Of a stretch of DNA of 32,000 bases, positions 28,563-32,000 are shown piece by piece. A program made the position numbers and the translations under genes. Source of the DNA: Xanthomonas campestris pv. campestris str. ATCC 33913 (lineage in GTDB: Bacteria; Pseudomonadota; Gammaproteobacteria; Xanthomonadales; Xanthomonadaceae); assembly GCF_000007145.1 (NCBI RefSeq), contig NC_003902.1, forward strand, positions 2,966,497 to 2,998,496. The letters run 5' to 3'. Position 1 is the stretch's first letter. The number at the start of each line of letters is the position of its first letter. Under the pieces are notes generated by a model. It made no database searches. It saw only the letters and a list, made by a program, of their open reading frames with translations, and had not been told where the DNA came from.

Positions 28563-29654
28563 TTACACGCCCTTCTGGATCACGCCGTAAAACACCATCA
28601 ATGCCGTCACCGCGATCCACACGATCGTGAGCGGAATGAACACCTTCCAGCCCAGACGCATGATCTGGTCATAGCGGTAACGCGGGAAGCTTGCGCGGAA
28701 CCAGATGTAGGCACTCGCAAAGAAGAACACCTTCATCAGCAGCCACGGCCAGCCACCGGTCCACAGCCAATTGACCCACGGCGAGATATCCGCCGTGACC
28801 CAGCCCTGGATCGGGCTCAGCCAGCCACCGAGGAAGAAGATCGAGATCAGGAAGCTGACCAGGATCATGTTGGCGTATTCGGCCAGGAAGAACAGCGCAA
28901 ACGCGCCGCCCGAGTACTCCACCATGTGGCCGGCGACGATTTCCGATTCACCTTCCACTACGTCGAACGGCGCGCGGTTGGTCTCGGCGACGCCGGAGAC
29001 CCAGTACACGATGAACAACGGGAACAGCGGAATCAGGAACCAGTCGAAGAAGCCGGAGCTACCCGCCTGCGCAAACACGATCTGGCTGAGGTTGACGCTG
29101 CCCGAGGCGATCATCACGCCGACCAGTGCAAAGCCCATCGCAATTTCGTAGCTGACCACCTGCGCGGCTGAGCGCATCGCACCCAGGAACGCGTACTTGG
29201 AGTTGGACGCCCAGCCGGCCAGGATGATGCCGTAGACGCCCAGCGAGGTCATCGCCAGCAGGTACAGCAGACCCACGTTGGCATTGGACAACACCAGCTT
29301 CGCATCGAACGGCACCACCGACCAGGCCGCAAACGCCGGCGCCAGGGTGAGCAATGGCGCGATGATGAACATCGCCTTGTGCGAGCTGCTGGGCTGCAGG
29401 ATTTCCTTGAACAGCAATTTGAAGACGTCGGCGAAGGCCTGGAAGATGCCCATGCCCACGTACATTGGCCCGTGGCGCACATGCATCCAGCCGATCAGCT
29501 TGCGCTCCCAGACCACGTAGAAGGCCACCGTCACAATCACCGGCACGGCGATCAGCAGGATCTTCAGCACGGTCCACAGCAACACGCCGCCATCGCCCAG
29601 TCCGAGGAACCACTGGTGCAGGGGGTCGACCACGTTCAACAGCAACTCGTTCAT
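28563..29654 (-). CDS. nuoH: NADH-quinone oxidoreductase subunit H
   Basis: The track ORF was trimmed to the ATG at 29652-29654, giving [12 protein letters not shown].... The product contains [52 protein letters not shown] and YRYDQ. Its start overlaps the nuoG stop as ATGA. Confidence 0.94.
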   Translation of the reverse strand: MNELLLNVVDPLHQWFLGLGDGGVLLWTVLKILLIAVPVIVTVAFYVVWERKLIGWMHVRHGPMYVGMGIFQAFADVFKLLFKEILQPSSSHKAMFIIAPLLTLAPAFAAWSVVPFDAKLVLSNANVGLLYLLAMTSLGVYGIILAGWASNSKYAFLGAMRSAAQVVSYEIAMGFALVGVMIASGSVNLSQIVFAQAGSSGFFDWFLIPLFPLFIVYWVSGVAETNRAPFDVVEGESEIVAGHMVEYSGGAFALFFLAEYANMILVSFLISIFFLGGWLSPIQGWVTADISPWVNWLWTGGWPWLLMKVFFFASAYIWFRASFPRYRYDQIMRLGWKVFIPLTIVWIAVTALMVFYGVIQKGV

Positions 29655-31885
29655 GCAGCCACCACCGTTACCCGACCGGCACCCAACGGCGCGGTTGCGC
29701 CATGGCCGGATTCGATCCACACCGTGCCCGGTGCGACGCGCTTGTCCAGCACCACCGGCAAGGTCGCCCTGCCCGCGTCGGTGCCAACCTTGACGACTTG
29801 CCCGGCAGCGACCTGCAGCTGCGCGGCCTGCTCCGGGTGCATCGCCACACACGGGGCGATGTTGAGCGGGTGCGACTGCAGTGCGGCGGCGCGGCGTACC
29901 ACCGCATCGGTGCGGTAGATCGCAGCGGTTGCTGCAACTTCCAGACCTTCGCTCGCAGTAGCCGGCTGCGCCGACGTCGCTGCAGTCACGCTGCGCTGCT
30001 GCATGCCGGCGCGCAGACCGACCAGGTCGATGAACTCGAACCCAGCCAGACCCAGCTCACCACCCAGTGCGCGCAGCACGCGCCAGCCCTCACGCGCCTC
30101 GACCGGCAACCGACCCGCAGCACGTGCGGTCTGCACGCGGCCATCGAGATTGGTCAGCGACGCATCGATTTCCGGCAGTGCGCCGATCGGCAAAATCACA
30201 TCGGCCACGTCGCGTGTGGATGCACAGGCGAACTGGCTGAAAGCCACGACTTTCGCGCCGGCCAGCGCGCTGCGCGCAGCGGCCGCATCGGCAAAATCCA
30301 GACCGGGTTCGATGCCGTACACCACATACGCCTGACGCGGCTCGGCAAACATGCCGGCGACTGTCCGCGCAGTCGGCAACACGCCCTGCGAGACCAGGCC
30401 GACCGCGTTGGCGCCCTGCGGGATCCGGCACAGCGACGCACCGGTTGCCGCTGCAAAGGCACGTGCCGCTGCACGCAGCGTCGCCGCCTGCGGATGATTT
30501 TCTGCCAATGCGCCGACCACGATCACGGCGCGGCTTGCGCCCTTGACCGCATCACGCAGCGTGGCGTCGTCCAGCGCGCCAGCCAGCTGAGTCGGCGAGA
30601 CCACCGTCCGGCTGGCCTGGGTGAAGGCGAAATCGAAATCGACCGGGTTGACCGAATGGATCTGGGTGCGGTTCTGGATGCTCGCCTTGCGCAGGCGGGC
30701 ATGCAGCAGCGGCAGCTCATGGCGCACGTTGGTGCCGAACAGCACCACGACATCGGCCTGTTCGATCTCGGCCAGCGGCGTGGCAAAGGCTTCGGCAACA
30801 GCGGCGTCGGAGAAATCGCGGTTGAGCAGGCGGTGATCCAGGTTGCCGCTGCCCAGGCCCTCGGCCAGACGCGCCAGCAAGGCGCCTTCTTCGTTCGAGG
30901 TGGCCGGGTGCACCAGCACGCCGAGCTGATCACCGGCGTTATCGCGCAGGATCTGCGTCGCAGCGGCCAGGCCTTCGGCCCAGCTCACTTCGGTCCATTC
31001 ACCGTTGACCTTCTTGAGCGGCTTCACCGCACGGTCTTCGGCGTACAGGCCCTGATGCGAATAACGGTCGCGATCGGACAGCCAGCACTCGTTGACGGCT
31101 TCGTTCTCGCGCGGCACGGTGCGCAGCACTTCGCCGCGACGCACGTGCAGGAACAGGTTGGAGCCCATCGCATCGTGATAACCGAGCGATTCACGTGCCA
31201 TCAGTTCCCACGGACGCGCACGGAACTGGAACACCTTGTTGGTCAGCGCGCCCACCGGGCAAACGTCGATGACGTTGCCGGAAATTTCAGTGGTCAGCGG
31301 CTTGCCGTCGTAGGTGCCGATCTGCAGGTTCTCACCGCGATACATACCGCCCAGCTCGTAGGTTCCGGCGATATCGGCGGTGAAGCGCACGCAGCGCGTG
31401 CACTGGATGCAGCGGGTCATCTCGGTCGCCACCAGCGGGCCGATGTCTTCGTCCGGCACCACGCGCTTGCGCTCATTGAAGCGGCTCACCGAACGGCCGT
31501 AGCCAAGCGAGACGTCCTGCAATTCGCACTCGCCGCCCTGATCGCAGATCGGGCAGTCCAGCGGGTGGTTGATCAGCAGGAATTCCATCACGCTGCGCTG
31601 GTACTTCAGCGCTTTTTCGCTGCGCGTGGTGACCTTCATGCCGTCCATCACCGGCGTGGCGCAGGCAGGCGACGGCTTGGGCGACTTTTCAACATCGACC
31701 AGGCACATGCGGCAGTTGGCCGCAATCGGCAGCTTCTCGTGGTAACAGAAGCGCGGGATCGGGATGCCGGCCTTGTCGGCGGCCTGGATGATCATCGAGC
31801 CCTTCGGCACCACCAGCGACTGCCCGTCGATCTCGACGGTGACATGGTCCGGTGGCACGTTCGGGTTCACTGGTTGGGCGCTCAT
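29651..31885 (-). CDS. nuoG: NADH-quinone oxidoreductase subunit G
   Basis: The track ORF was trimmed to the ATG at 31883-31885. The product begins [71 protein letters not shown] and contains ...[18 protein letters not shown] and ...[10 protein letters not shown]. Its start overlaps the nuoF stop as ATGA. Confidence 0.95.
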   Translation of the reverse strand: MSAQPVNPNVPPDHVTVEIDGQSLVVPKGSMIIQAADKAGIPIPRFCYHEKLPIAANCRMCLVDVEKSPKPSPACATPVMDGMKVTTRSEKALKYQRSVMEFLLINHPLDCPICDQGGECELQDVSLGYGRSVSRFNERKRVVPDEDIGPLVATEMTRCIQCTRCVRFTADIAGTYELGGMYRGENLQIGTYDGKPLTTEISGNVIDVCPVGALTNKVFQFRARPWELMARESLGYHDAMGSNLFLHVRRGEVLRTVPRENEAVNECWLSDRDRYSHQGLYAEDRAVKPLKKVNGEWTEVSWAEGLAAATQILRDNAGDQLGVLVHPATSNEEGALLARLAEGLGSGNLDHRLLNRDFSDAAVAEAFATPLAEIEQADVVVLFGTNVRHELPLLHARLRKASIQNRTQIHSVNPVDFDFAFTQASRTVVSPTQLAGALDDATLRDAVKGASRAVIVVGALAENHPQAATLRAAARAFAAATGASLCRIPQGANAVGLVSQGVLPTARTVAGMFAEPRQAYVVYGIEPGLDFADAAAARSALAGAKVVAFSQFACASTRDVADVILPIGALPEIDASLTNLDGRVQTARAAGRLPVEAREGWRVLRALGGELGLAGFEFIDLVGLRAGMQQRSVTAATSAQPATASEGLEVAATAAIYRTDAVVRRAAALQSHPLNIAPCVAMHPEQAAQLQVAAGQVVKVGTDAGRATLPVVLDKRVAPGTVWIESGHGATAPLGAGRVTVVAA

Positions 31886-32000
31886 GCGGCCACTCCGACA
31901 TGCGTGTCGACGATCGAACGACCGTTGACGATGTAGTACTCGAATTCGTCCCAGAACTGGCGCAGGAAGCCCTGGATCGGCCATGCCGCCGCTTCGCCGA
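31882..32000 (-). CDS. nuoF: NADH-quinone oxidoreductase subunit F, C-terminal fragment (rest lies beyond window end)
   Basis: My own translation of the reverse strand gives ...[35 protein letters not shown]. Its position immediately upstream of nuoG and the AWP.QG.LR.F motif are typical of the NuoF C-terminus. Confidence 0.75.
   Translation of the reverse strand, partial: GEAAAWPIQGFLRQFWDEFEYYIVNGRSIVDTHVGVAA

Noticed and set aside
22521-31936. Long plus-strand ORFs antisense to nuoN/M (22521..24875), nuoL (25289..26791), nuoI/H (28050..29171) and nuoG (29465..31936)
   Set aside because: Each one overlaps a well-supported nuo gene on the other strand and crosses gene boundaries. Their products have highly biased R/H/Q/D/G composition. 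They are high-GC artefacts.

Overview
This window looks like high-GC gamma-proteobacterial core chromosome, Xanthomonas-like by protein sequences and gene order, and it is almost entirely housekeeping. All genes except four (sodB-like, trm112-like, nadC, a secreted hypothetical) are on the minus strand. In coordinate order: partial ppnN, an Oar-like TonB-dependent receptor, and a stop/start-fused grxD / YciK-like SDR / MarC-family trio divergent from a SodB-like gene. Then purE-purK, a Trm112-like gene, nadC, a secreted hypothetical, and a 0.72 kb non-coding gap. The rest is the complete conserved cluster tRNA-fMet(metY)-rimP-nusA-infB-rbfA-truB-rpsO-pnp, followed by the distal nuo operon (nuoF partial, then G-H-I-J-K-L-M-N). 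I found no CRISPR array, IS element, integrase, defence-type gene or other multi-gene accessory system, so I cannot support a claim of a novel system here. What deserves a second look is smaller in scale. (1) The structured, repeat-bearing non-coding gap at 11564-12284. (2) Two enzyme-fold proteins next to grxD with conserved catalytic or second-sphere residues replaced. (3) A 58-residue His-rich insertion in NuoL. (4) An initiator tRNA with a U1/U72 acceptor end. (5) A compositionally atypical receptor gene whose leader can fold two mutually exclusive ways. The long plus-strand ORFs in the track that lie antisense to pnp, infB and the nuo genes are treated as high-GC mirror ORFs. The track renders GTG/TTG starts as M and often over-extends N-termini, so I re-set several starts by hand.
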